Assembly: GCA_951406725.2 (NCBI GenBank) | Contig: OX597818.1 | Location: forward strand, 130,634,001-130,698,000 | Origin: Octopus vulgaris | Lineage: Eukaryota | DNA: 64,000 nt | Reading direction: 5' to 3' | Part shown: piece after piece, positions 40,837 through 53,949 of the stretch | Layout: every line of letters starts with the position of its first letter | Position numbering within the stretch: the stretch's first letter is position 1 | Notes under the pieces: model-generated | The model's database searches: none | Seen by the model: only the letters and a program-made list of their open reading frames with translations | What the model was told of the DNA's origin: nothing | Position numbers and translations under genes: made by a program

Positions 40837-40881
<45 letters not shown>

Positions 40882-41040
40882 AGAATTCGCTTAGGTGTTT
40901 GAAAATTCAGCTGAATCTCAAAAGGTGTGGTCATTTTTTAAATTTTGTCAGTGATTTATTCAAATATGAAACTGGTTTTGACAATTTTTTGATAAAAATA
41001 TAAAATTAAAGGTTTAGGAGAGTTTAAAGTATGTATATAT

Positions 41041-41425
41041 ACTCTTTTACTTGCTTCAGTCATTTGACTGTGGCCATGCTGAAGCACCGCCTTTACTCGA
41101 GTAAATCGACCCAAGGACTAATTCTTTGTAAGCCTAGTACTTACTCTATCAGTCTCTTTTGTTGAATCACTAAGTTACGGGGACGTAAACACACCAGCAT
41201 CGGTTGTCAAGCGATGTTGGGGAGACAAACACAGACACACAAATATATACACGCACATATATACATATATACGACGGGCTTCTTTCAGTTTCCTTATACT
41301 ACATCCACTCACAAGTCTTTAGTTGGCCCAAGGCTATAATAGAAAACACTTGCCCAAGGTGCCACGCAGTGGGACTGAACCATGAACAATGTGGTTTGTA
41401 AGCAAGCTACTTATCATACAGCCAC
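41041..41425 (-). mobile_element. SINE family A, full length
   Basis: Reverse complement of family A; abuts a family D copy (41427-41630). Confidence 0.9.
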
Positions 41426-41426
41426 T

Positions 41427-41630
41427 GTCTGGCACCTGTGCAGGTGGCACGTAAAAAACACCCACTACACTCATGGAGTGGTTGGCGTTAGGAAGGGCAT
41501 CCAGCCATAGAAACACTGCCAGATCTGACTGGGCCTGACGAAGCCTTCCAGCTTCACAGACCCCAGTTGAACCGTCCAACCCCTGCTAGCATGGAAAGCG
41601 GACGCTAAATGATGATGATGATGATGATGA
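41427..41630 (+). mobile_element. Family D element
   Basis: GGAGTGGTTGGCGTTAGGAAGGGCATCCAGCC...(GAT)n. Confidence 0.85.
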
Positions 41631-42099
41631 TATATATATATATATATATTTACATTTGGGTATGCAGGTATTTTGAAAATACTCCAAGGTGTGATGACAA
41701 TGCTCTGCATAGTTACAAGTTGCCCTTTGGCAAGGCATAGCACATGTTCAGCTACCCTACCAGGGCTTCAAGGAAAAGTATCTTTATAGCCTAACAATTT
41801 TTCAAGCCGATCACATGGAGGAATGGTGTTCAGCTCCATTTTGGGTGCAAACACAAATCTCAGGAATTTGCAGAAAGTTGCATAAAGAAAAGAAATTAAA
41901 GGGTACTACTTACATCTACATATACAAAATGCATATCTTATATATAAATATATGGACATGAGTTAAAACAAGAACAGTTATAAATGAGTGAAGAATGAAT
42001 ATATAATGCATGTGTTTATTTGACAAAAAAAATGACCATCCAGAAATACAATATATATTGTGTGTGTGCATGTGTATATATATATATATATATGTGTGT

Positions 42100-42332
42100 G
42101 TGCCGGTGGCATGTAAAAGGCACCATCCGTCTGTGGCTGTTTGCCAGCTCCATTTGGCACCTGTGCGGGTGGCACGTAAAAAGCACCCACTACACTCACG
42201 GAGTGGTTGGCATTAGGAAGGGCATCCAGCCGTAGAAACACTGCCAGATCAGACTGGGCCGAAGCAGCCTTCTGGCTTCCCAGACCCCAGTTGAACCGTC
42301 CAATCCATGCTAGCATGGAAAGCGGATGCTAA

Positions 42333-42365
<33 letters not shown>

Positions 42366-42520
42366 TATGCTTAAATGCAAAAGTATAGGAATACACTTAT
42401 ACATATATGATTAGACTAGTGCCTGGCACAGCATCCTGGCTTCCCAGACCTCGGTCGAACTGTCCAACCCATGCTAGCATGAAAAACGGACGTTAAACGA
42501 TGATGATGATGATGATGATT
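42100..42520 (+). mobile_element. Two family D copies (42100-42365 and 3' fragment 42412-42520)
   Basis: Same core and (GAT)n tails. Confidence 0.85.
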
Positions 42521-43277
42521 ATGTACACATAGACATGCACACACACACACATGTAATCATTATGAACATCATTTTATATCTGCTTTTGAAACTGACATAG
42601 AATGCGGATGATAGTTATGATATGCTTATATCATAACCAACAAAATACACACGCATACACACAAGCACACACACACACGCTCACACATAATCACATACAC
42701 ACATACATCCAAAATTAACATAACAATTGCTCTGTAAATAATTAGATCTACTGCAATTTGATTCAACAAATATTTTGATATATGTCTACTTAAAGCCACA
42801 TTTAAGTCAACATTTATCAAGTTGGCCATATTCTATATTGGCAAATTTAAGAAAGAACCTTTCCCTACCTTCCTCCCACCCCTAGCCCCACAATATAAAG
42901 AAATGAAACTCTACTTTTTTTCATAATATTGTCTGACTTGCCTTTTTTTTTATTTCATTTGCTTTTCTTTTTGTTATGAGTATTTTTTTATTGAATAATT
43001 TGTATTTCTTTTTTGACTATCATCACCATCATCAGTAGCCTAGTATTATCATTATTATTTTCATCAGCACTGCTGTTGTAATTTATTATTATTTTCGCTT
43101 GGTAAATAATAAACATGAGCAGTAGAATATTCAGTTGCACACAATAGTGAAATGCGTGTATATTAAAATGCATGAGTATCTGCATCTATATTAACAACAA
43201 CAATGATGGCAATCGTGACCATGACGACGATGATAATGATGATGATAATGGTTGTATTGTTGTTGCTGCTGCTGCTG

Positions 43278-43351
<74 letters not shown>

Positions 43352-43950
43352 GCTTTTAACAACAGAAACTGAAAATTATTTTAATATTGTGCCATAACTA
43401 TTTTATCTTGAGATTTTTCTTTATTTGTCTAATGAATCTAGTTTAACAGAAATATAAAGAAATATAAAAGAAATTTAATAAAAACAAGAACAAGAGTAAT
43501 TTTTGAGTAAATAAAGAAATTTTTTTTTAAATGACAAGAAAATAAAAGTGGAAATTAAAATTTAAATACATACAAATGATACATTTTAATTTAATTTTTC
43601 AACATTTTCAGTAATCACTGAAGGAAAAAAAAATAGTGTTTCTTTTTGGCCAGTTTTAAAATTTATGCATGATTGTGTATGTGAGTGTGCATGCACACAT
43701 ACACACGCACACACACACACATTCACACACACACACGCTCACACATTCACACACACATGCATATACACACATGCACACAAGTGCACAAATATTCACAAAC
43801 ACACATGAGCACACACACACATACACACACAGATATATTTGTGCTTCTAGGTTCAATCCCACTGCATAGCACCTTGGGCACGCCTCAGAGTGACCAAAGC
43901 TCTCTGAGGGGGTTGGCAGTCAGAGACAGAAAGAACCATATAACCATATC

Positions 43951-43993
<43 letters not shown>

Positions 43994-43994
<1 letters not shown>

Positions 43995-44404
43995 TCTTTT
44001 CCCTTTTACTTGTTTCAGTCATTTGACTGTGGCCATGCTGTAGCACCACCTTTAGTCGTGCAAATCGACCCCAGGACTTATTCTTTGGAAGCCTAGTACT
44101 TATTCTATCAGTTTATTTTGCCGAACTGCTAGGTTACGTGGACGTAAACACATCACAATCGGTTGTCAAGCGATGTTGGGGGGGACAAACAGACGCACAA
44201 ACATATACACACACATACATATATGTACATATACATATATACAATGGGCTTCTTTCAGTTTCTGTCTACCAAATCCACTCACAAGGCTTCGGTCGGCCCG
44301 AGGCTATAGTAGAAAACACTTGCCCAAGGTGCCACGCAGTGGTAATGAACTTAGAACCATGTGGTTGGTAAGCAAGCTACTTACCATACAGCCACTCCTG
44401 CACC
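43994..44404 (-). mobile_element. SINE family A, full length
   Basis: Reverse complement of family A. Confidence 0.9.
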
Positions 44405-44559
44405 TTATATATATATATATATATATGATGGAATAGAAATTAATATTATTAAATAATATCAATTTCAGTGATCAGCATATTTAAAAGATTTTGTGGTAAG
44501 ACGGTCTGACATCTATTTTTAGCATACAAAGGATCCACTTAGTGGTCTCTCCTATTGTT

Positions 44560-44608
<49 letters not shown>

Positions 44609-44612
44609 ATAA

Positions 44613-45058
44613 TACAAATAAGAAAATGGAGAAGCACATTAGTTGGTTCATCAGCTTTAGGATATTAAAATGTTGACTTATTTATTTATCAAACAACAAC
44701 CATGATAACATACATATATACAGTATAAAATCCAATGCATATAAGATAAGAATACAAGCATTGAATTTTATACTGTATATATGTATGTTATCATGGTTGT
44801 TGTTTGATAAATAAATAAGTCAACATTTTAATATCCTAAAGCTGATGAACCAGCTAATGTGTTTCTCCATTTTCTTATTTGTAATATAAATTAATGGTAA
44901 AATATTTCTTTTCCTTCACCCGTTTAATACAATAAGTGAGTTCTTTGCATTGCAATTAAAAACACTTGTGTATTGATAATTGGGTATCATACCAACAGTA
45001 TATTGGATAAGTATTATCCCTTAGTGGGTTGCATCCACAAACCCTAACTTACTTGGTG

Positions 45059-45060
<2 letters not shown>
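44613..45060. mobile_element. (TA)n-inserted fold-back element
   Basis: 126-bp near-perfect inverted arms 44613-44738 / 44758-44883, 19-nt loop, ~180-bp unpaired extension, (TA)n on both sides. Confidence 0.75.
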
Positions 45061-45115
<55 letters not shown>

Positions 45116-45306
45116 TGAATGAATTATCCTAGTATGGATAATTCGGTTAACCGATGCCTGGGTAGCAAATTCACGTCAGAAAAACACGGTTGAAGCTACA
45201 TGCCAAGGGCAGAGATCACGTGCTTTCGTGTGGAAATTTGTGTGTTTTTTTAATACAAATAAATGAAAGAATGGAGTTGAACGACGATTTAACAAAATTC
45301 CTTTAA

Positions 45307-45388
45307 TCTCGACATGGCGTTTCGAAGGCTGCATATTCCTAATTTCAAAGGAATAAGGGGTGCATTATGCTGCCTTCTCATCAGGAGA
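45307..45388 (-). ncRNA. Type I hammerhead ribozyme motif
   Basis: Minus strand TCTC-CTGATGA-GAAGGC...GCCTTC-GAAAC-GCCAT-GTC-GAGA running into ATTAAA; extended stem II; inside TA-flanked element ~45110-45500. Confidence 0.8.
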
Positions 45389-45497
45389 GACAAGGAACTT
45401 ATGTCAGCATCAAGATGAACAAAAACTTTTAGATGACTGCCCACTCGGAGTCCATAGCGATAATGAGTGTTTATTTAAACACATAGCGATAATGAGT

Positions 45498-45562
<65 letters not shown>

Positions 45563-45773
45563 TGTAGGATAAAATTTTTTTCGAAAAACAAAAAATTTTA
45601 TCTATGGCCAGCATATTAAAAAATAACTTTAAAGGTTAAAATTATAAACAACTTGAATGGGCTGGAGTATTTCTATTTGGGATGTATTTGGGGTACCTAA
45701 TTATGCTCATGACTTAGTGTTTTGCTTCTTCCATGGGTATGAGTAAGTATCTCATTTATTTCTTTGCCATGTT

Positions 45774-45826
45774 TATCACTGACGAATGGAGGCTTCTTAC
45801 GAACTAACCCTGAAATCGGTCCGATA
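45774..45826 (+). ncRNA. Degenerate hammerhead ribozyme motif
   Basis: TATCA-CTGACGA-...-GAAAT-CG-GTC-CGATA; stem II poor; inside TA-flanked element ~45560-45975. Confidence 0.45.
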
Positions 45827-46282
45827 TGGTAATAATGGAATTTTTAAGAAATTTCTGCCGGCTTTTTTTCGAGTAGCATGCGTATTGTGATAAATTATAT
45901 GGTAATGGACAATATGTCCAATTTTCGGCATATTTGGCATTAGAAATTTTTTCGTTTACCCTTATTTATAAGTTATATATATATATGTATATTATGTGTG
46001 TGTGTTTGTTTGTTATCTACCATGGTTTGACAACTGGTGTTGTACATTCCTGTAACTTAGCATTTCAGCAAAAGAAACTAACAGAATAAGTGCCAGACTA
46101 AAAAAATAAGTACTGGGATCGATTTGTTTGACTAAAATTCTTTAAGGCAGAAGTATTATTATTCCAGAACTCTATGATCTGAGTTCGAATTCTGCCAAAG
46201 TCAACTTAGCCTTGTATTATAGGCACAAAGCCTGAAATTTATGGGACAAACACAGACATGCGCATGCACACACACACACACA

Positions 46283-46495
46283 TGAGCTGGCAGACTCGTT
46301 AGCACGCCAGGCGAAATGCATAGCCGTATTTCGTCTGCTGTTACGTTCTGAGTTCAAATTCCGCCGAGGTCGACTTTGCCTTTCATCCTTTCGGGGTCGA
46401 TAAATTAAGTACCAGTTACGCCCTGGGGTCGATGTAATCGACATAATCTGTTTGTCCCCTCTGTGTTTAGCCCCTTGTGGGCAGTAGTGAAATAC
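46283..46495 (+). mobile_element. SINE family B
   Basis: GAGCTGGCAGACTCGTTAGCACGCC head to GCCCCTTGTGGGCAG tail. Confidence 0.88.
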
Positions 46496-47037
46496 ATATA
46501 CATACATGTATAGATATCAGGCTTCCATACAGTTTCCATTTACTAAATTCACTCATAAGACATTGGACAACCTGGGGCTATATAGTACAAAATACTTGTT
46601 CAATGTGCTGCATGGTGATAAGGAACCAGAAATCACATGCTCGCAAAGTGAGTTTCTTAACTGCATAGCCATGCTGATACCTACGAATAAATTTTAATAT
46701 TTAAGCATTTTCTACCCACCCCTACCACAAACAGTTCCCTTTTTTATCATAGATATGGAACAAAATGTACATGATGTGAGGTTTAATTTTAACTGAAAGT
46801 CGACTTATAAAATAGTTAAAATGGTAAAGTGGTTGATGTTAGGAAGGGCATCCAACCATAGAAACCAAGCCAAAACAGACTATTTAACCTGGCACAGACC
46901 CTGGCCTTGCTAGTCTCTGTCAAACCATTTGACCCATGCTAGCATGGAAAACAGACATTAAATGAGGATGATGATGTTGATGATGATGATATTGGTGACA
47001 ATAATGATGATAATGATACTGATGATGATGATGATGA

Positions 47038-47278
47038 TGGCAGAATCGTTAGCGAGCTGGCAGAATCGTTAGCACGCCGGGCGAAATGCGTAGGCGTATT
47101 TCGTCTGCCGTTACGTTCTGAGTTCAAATTCCACTGAGGTCGACTTTGCCTTTCATCCTTTCGGGGTCGATAAATTAAGTACCAGTTACACACTGGGGTC
47201 GATATAATCGACTTAATCCATTTGTCTGTCCTTGTTTGTCCTCTCTCTGTTTAGCCCCTTGTGGGTAGTAAAGAAATA
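47038..47278 (+). mobile_element. SINE family B, full length with duplicated head
   Basis: TGGCAGAATCGTTAGC occurs twice; full body. Confidence 0.9.
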
Positions 47279-47956
47279 GATGATGATGATGATGATGATG
47301 ATGATTAAAGTGTTCGAGAGGAACTTTGCTTTTTAACTCATCATTCCTTGGTGTGTATTTTATATCATAACTTGTGAATGATAGTACCATTATTAGTTAC
47401 AGGTTTCTCAAATTCTGCTGAGGTTGACTTTGCCATTCATCCTTTCAGGGTTGATAAAATAAGTGCCCTTTGAGCACTGGTCAATGTTATCGACCCCCCC
47501 CCCTCCCATAAAATTGCTAGCCGTGTGTCAAAATTCAAAACCATTATTAGTTTCAGATTCTTAATTGGCAAACTGCTGATTTTGTTGCATTTCTGATGAT
47601 AAAAATAAGAAGGAAGTGCCAAACCTGATGCCAAGGAGTTCATTTGTAAAATACAGATTTTTGTGGTTTTTTTCTTCCTCACCCCACATTTTGTTACTGA
47701 ATTTTTTATTTTTGATGCCAACTTAATTTATTCTTTTACTCTTTTATCTGTTTCACACATTTGACTGCAGCTATGCTTGAGCACTGCCTTTAGCTGAACA
47801 AATCGCCCCCCCAGGACTTATTCTTTGTAAGCCTAGTACTTATTTAATTGGTCTATTTTGTCACACTGCTAAATTATTTGGACATAAACACACCAGCATC
47901 GGATGTCAAGTGATGGCGGGGGGGGGGACAAACACAGACACACAAACATATATATA

Positions 47957-48078
<122 letters not shown>

Positions 48079-48114
48079 TCATATATATACGGTTCAACTA
48101 TATATATATATATT

Positions 48115-48460
48115 TTTGTGCCACCGACACAGGTGCCAGACGAGGCTGGCGAACGGCCACGCTCGGATGGTGTTTTTATGTGCCACCGACACAGGTGCCA
48201 GACGAGGCTGGCAGACGGCCACGCTCGCATGGTGTTTTTATGTGCCACCGACACAGGTGCCAGATGAGGCTGGCGGACGGCCACGATCGGATGGTGTTTG
48301 TTACGTCCCCAAAGCACGGAGGCCAGTCTATGCGGTACTGGCTACGGCCACGTTCGGATGATTTTCTTGTGTGCCACCGGCACTGGTACCACAAAGATAC
48401 AAATTCCATTGATGTTCATCTATTTTGATTTGTTTTGATTTGATTTGATTTGATTTTCAT
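48115..48460 (-). mobile_element. Family D 5' region with three ~62-bp tandem units and (GATTT)n end
   Basis: TGTGCCACCGACACAGGTGCCAGACGAGGCTGGCGAACGGCCACGCTCGGATGGTGTTTTTA x3. Confidence 0.8.
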
Positions 48461-48523
48461 ATATATATATATATATATATATGAATAAAAAATGGAGTTA
48501 ATGCAGGTATAATCAAATATTTT

Positions 48524-48609
48524 ACTTTCGACACATGTTTCGAAAATTCCACTGATACTATTCAAAAGAATAAATGGTATAAACAATGCAATCTTCTCCT
48601 CAGGAAAGT
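48524..48609 (-). ncRNA. Type I hammerhead ribozyme motif
   Basis: Minus strand ACTTTC-CTGAGGA-GAAGATT...AATTTTC-GAAAC-ATGT-GTC-GAAAGT: perfect 6-bp stem I, CUGANGA core, 7-bp stem II base, GUC triplet. Confidence 0.85.
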
Positions 48610-49227
48610 GAAAAAAACGAAACTCATCAATGAGACATTTTAGCAAAAAATGATGGATTTGTATAGCGATAGACAGAACGCTATTAATATTGTTTAAAAA
48701 AACGTTATATGATATAACATCATAAGTAGCTAACAGAAAGAGTAGGGATATTAATAGTGAATGTTAAATATAAAGGAAATTAAAGTTTAAATTATATATA
48801 ATGATAGAGACTACTTACATGCACTAAATGTATGTTTTTGCCAATGCTTACATCTGTATTCTCGCTCTGTCTATCACTATACAAATCCATAATTTTTTGC
48901 TAAAATGTCTTATTGACGAGTTTCGTTTTTTTCACTTTCCTGAAGAGAAGATTGCATTGTTTATATCATTATAAATAGAAGGTCTTACAGCTGTTTCCAG
49001 AAACAGCTGTAAGACCTATTTATAAATGTTCTGAAATCTTTCACAGCCTTGGGTCTTTATCGCATTCTGTTAATTTTTTTATATCTACACATGCTGATAT
49101 ATGACCTACAATGGACTCCTCATTCGCATAATCACCGAACCTGGAGCTTAACTGTAGTCTATCCATAACACTAAACTCAGCATTACTTGACACCTTTGGG
49201 TCTTCTTGACAACATTACCTCTCTTAA

Positions 49228-49295
<68 letters not shown>

Positions 49296-49708
49296 TATAT
49301 ACACGTATATATATACAATGGGCTTTTTCCACTTCAGTCTACCAAATCCACTCCCAAGGCTTTGGTCAGCTCGAGGTTATAGTAGAAGACACTTGCCCAA
49401 GGTGCCACGCAGTAGGATTGAACCCGGAACTATGTGGATGGTAAGCAAGCTACTTACCATGCAGCTACTCCTAAAACAAAAGAGGCATACACTTATAGAC
49501 TCATTGAATACTTCAGTATAGTCGTCACTATTGTCATAATCATCGTTCTTAATGTCATCATCCTGTCATCACAATTATTATCATCAACATCATCATCATT
49601 ACCACCACCAACACCACCACCACCACCACCACCATCATCATCGTAGTCATCATTGTCATCACAATGACTATTATGAGGACGATGACACAGACCACCACTA
49701 CCCTCTCT

Positions 49709-49765
<57 letters not shown>

Positions 49766-49922
49766 GTCCCTGTCATTATTTTCTTTGTCACTGCCAATGT
49801 CAGTATCTCCTCATCATTGTCGCAATCCTCCTCCTTTTCCTCCTTATTATCATCGTCGTCATCATCAATAACAGCACAAGTAATAATACCAAGAGCTAGG
49901 GAGGGAATGGCGGGGGTGGGGC

Positions 49923-49957
<35 letters not shown>

Positions 49958-50808
49958 ATGGTAGTAGTAAACATAGTAGTAAGAGTAGAACTATTTAATA
50001 TCTTTAGTATTATTTGTAGTATTAGTAGTATTAGTGGGATTATTCTTACTTCATAATTCATTGGCAGTGAAGTAATATGTTTTTTTTTTGTTTTTTTGGG
50101 GTTTTTTTTTATCTTAGTTTGGTTTCTTTTCCAAATTTATATCTGTCTTTCTGCCCGTCTGTCTGCCTGCTTCTTTTTCATTTTTTTTTTCCCCCTCATT
50201 TGACAATTTTAATTAGATTTCTTCCATGCACAAATGGATAATATTAAATTACTGCATCACACATACATATATACATACATACATACATACATACATACAC
50301 ACATACATACACACATACACACATACATACATACACACACACACACATACACACATACATGCATACATACACACATGCATACATGCATCCATACATGCAC
50401 GCACAACTAAAAACATGCATGCACACAAGCATACGCAATGCAGATGCACCTCAACACACAGATGGTCACAAAGTGTTTATAGGAACTGCATATATGCATC
50501 CAGAGATACACACATGCACAAACATGCTAATATGCCCACACATGCACATACATGCACACAAACATACTTACAGAATTAGATACACATACATATCATTGCA
50601 ATGATACATACATGCACATACTTTTATGTACACCCACATATAATTTTTGATACACATATATTATTATACACACAACAGTAGTCCCTCACATACATATGCC
50701 TAGACACAGCAGATAGACACACATATACACTCTGCTTAATGTATACACTGTTCTGTACACTTTGTTAGCCATCAAGGCACATTTATACATGGCACTCTTC
50801 CTTTCTGT

Positions 50809-50863
<55 letters not shown>

Positions 50864-50865
50864 AG

Positions 50866-50897
<32 letters not shown>

Positions 50898-51065
50898 TTA
50901 TAGATATATCATTATCTTCATCATTTAACTTTATTTTCTATGCTGGCATGGACTGGATGGTTTTACCAGTTTTTAGTCAAATTGTCCAACTCATACCAGC
51001 ATGAGAAAAATGAGCGTTAAATGATGATGATGATAACTATGAATATGTACATATTTGTGTGTGTG

Positions 51066-51110
<45 letters not shown>

Positions 51111-51301
51111 GTGTATATATTTTTCAACGTGTACAAATAACAAGGAAAAATTAAATAGTCACCAAGGTAGCAAAAATTCATATAAGTGCCAAGGATATTA
51201 CAGCCTACTTATAAAGGTAGAAATTTCAAGGATTAATGAAATGTTTTTGAATAACATATATAAATTATGAAATAGAGTTAAATGCAGGTGTTATTCAAAT
51301 C

Positions 51302-51332
<31 letters not shown>

Positions 51333-51339
<7 letters not shown>

Positions 51340-51625
51340 ATCACGTGACCGACCAGACCATCAGATGTTGTTACACATCGCTGGTCACAATACGTTCGCA
51401 TTGTTTTAGCCTTCGAATGACGCCACCCCACTGGCTAAGTGAGCAGGCCAACAGAAGAAAGAGTGGTGAAGGAGTACAGCAGGGATCACCAGCCCCCGCC
51501 GGAGCCTCGTGGAGCTTTTAGGTGTTTTCACTCAATAAACACTCACAACGCCTGGTCTGGGAATCGAAACCGCGATCCTACGACTGCGAGTCCGCTGCCC
51601 AAACCACTGGGCCATTGCGCCTCCA
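51333..51625 (-). mobile_element. SINE family C, tail type 2
   Basis: Reverse complement of the 38199 type; ends in (CACGTGAT)x2; inserted in (TA)n. Confidence 0.88.
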
Positions 51626-51669
51626 CATATATATATATATATATATGCACGTATGTATGTATGTATATA

Positions 51670-52232
51670 TAGGTGTAAGCATGGAAGCATGGTAAGAAGT
51701 TTGCTTTCTAACCACCTCGTTCTGGTTTCAGGTCCACTGCGTGGCACCCTCACAAGCATCTTCGGCTATTGCCTCAAGCTGACCAAAGTCTTGTGATTAG
51801 TGGATTTGGTCAAAGGAAACTGAGAAAAGTCCATCACGTATGTGTGTGTTCCTTACCACTGCTTGACAACTGGTGTTAGTGTTTTTACATCCCCACAACT
51901 TAGAAGTTCATCAAAACAGATTGACAGAAAGAATAAGTACCAAGCTTAGAAAAAAGTAAGTACAGAGGTTGACGTGCTCCACTAAAATTCTACAAGGTGG
52001 TGCTCCAGCATGGCCAGTCTCAAATAACTGAACCAAATAGAAGATAAAAACTAAATAGGTGCAGGAGTAGTAAGAAGCTTGCTTTCCAACCACTTGGTTC
52101 CAGGTTCAGTCCCACTGCATGGTGCCTTGGGCCAGTGTCTTCTACCATAGCCTCAGGCTGACCAAAAACTTGTGAGTGGATTTGTAGACAGAAACTGAAA
52201 GGATCCCATCGTATATATATATATGTGTGTGT

Positions 52233-52296
<64 letters not shown>

Positions 52297-52515
52297 ATGT
52301 GTGTGTCTGTGTTTGTGTTTGTTCCTCCCACCATTGCTTAACAACCGATGCTGGTGTGTTTTCATCCCCGTAACTTAGCATTTTGGCAAAAGAGACCAAT
52401 AGAATAAGTACTAGGCTTACAAAGAATAAATCTTGGAGTTGATTTGTTTCAACTAAAGGCGGTGCTCCAGTGTGGCCGCAGTCTAATGACTGAAACAAAT
52501 AAAAGAATAAAAGTA
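51670..52515 (+). mobile_element. Two tandem SINE family A copies (51670-52050, 52058-52515)
   Basis: Two head-to-tail copies of different divergence. Confidence 0.85.
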
Positions 52516-52932
52516 TATATATATATATACACACACATTTGCATCTGCTGTATGTGCGCAAATGCGCACACACATATACATATACATGCATATACAAACA
52601 CCCACATAATAACCCTTAAATGTATGTATCTAGGGGACAGGTAGATGAATAGGGGCTGTGAGAATTACCACAACAAAAAGTATCTTAGTAGCTTCTTGCA
52701 AGGAGTCTGCAGAACACCTGGTGTCCCTGACATTTTCTCTACAGTGAAGTATGGATGAGAACATGGTGGCTTTGTATGTGTGTGAGTGAAGGTGCTTGTA
52801 TGTATGTATGTGTGAGGAGAATGTGTGTGTATGCATGTGCAGGGACACATGATTGTGTTTGTGTGTACATTTATGCATGTGTGCATATGTGTGTGTGTGT
52901 ACATTTCTGTATATATATATATATATATATAT

Positions 52933-53314
52933 TATAACAAAGGGTAAAATTAATTAATTAAGAAGTAATCAATAAATTTCACCAAGTAGAATTCGGTATG
53001 AAAACAGGACCGTTAACACGGTAAATTTTAGTAATACTAATAAAGGGTTCAGCAAAAGAATTGCCTCACAACATACCGAAGTTCAGAAATAGCAGCCAAA
53101 ATCTTAGCCATTTCTTCTACTTTAAAAAAGGATCTTACAGAGAACCCAAAATACTTGAAGTTTAATTTGAAGTTTGTGTGATTAAACTTCAAGTATTTTG
53201 GGTTCTCTGGAAGACCCTTTTTTAAAGTAGAAGAAATGGCTAAGATTTTGGCTGCTATTTCTGAACTTCGATATGCGGTGAGGCAATTCTTTTGCTGAAC
53301 CCTTTTTATTAGTA
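52933..53314. mobile_element. (TA)n-inserted fold-back element, same family as 18165-18663 in opposite orientation
   Basis: Arms 53035-53166 / 53181-53314, 14-nt loop, ~100-bp extension. Confidence 0.78.
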
Positions 53315-53595
53315 TATATATATATATATATATATATGAGCAAATGTTTGAGTGTATGTATGTGTGTGCATGTGCTAAGTTTTTTTGTGTGTGTGTGTGT
53401 GTGTGTATTGTTAAATAAACAAGGGTACAAAAATAAGACTGGCAAATTGCTAGAAATGAGAGTCAAAACTTAACTTGAATAGGCACAAATCACCATATGA
53501 ACATATTGTTATAATGTTTTATTGTATGTACATGTATATATATATGTGTATGCATATACATATATTTATATGTATGCATATATATACATATATTA

Positions 53596-53642
<47 letters not shown>

Positions 53643-53781
53643 GAATATGTATATATATATACATATATATACATATATATATATATGTGTGTGTGTGTTT
53701 GTGTGTGTGTGCATATGCATGTCTTCCTCTGTGTGTATCTGAATGTGTATGCACACATGCAAAATTGTGTATCTGTGAGTG

Positions 53782-53816
<35 letters not shown>

Positions 53817-53949
53817 TTTTCTGTGTGCATCTATGTGTACGTCTTTGTGTGTATGTGTGCAAATGTGTCAAGTAAAACAGCTTTGTTAATGACAAAGCAG
53901 ACAACCTGAGAATTTGAGGCTGTTACCTTCAGATAAATCGCTGTTACCA

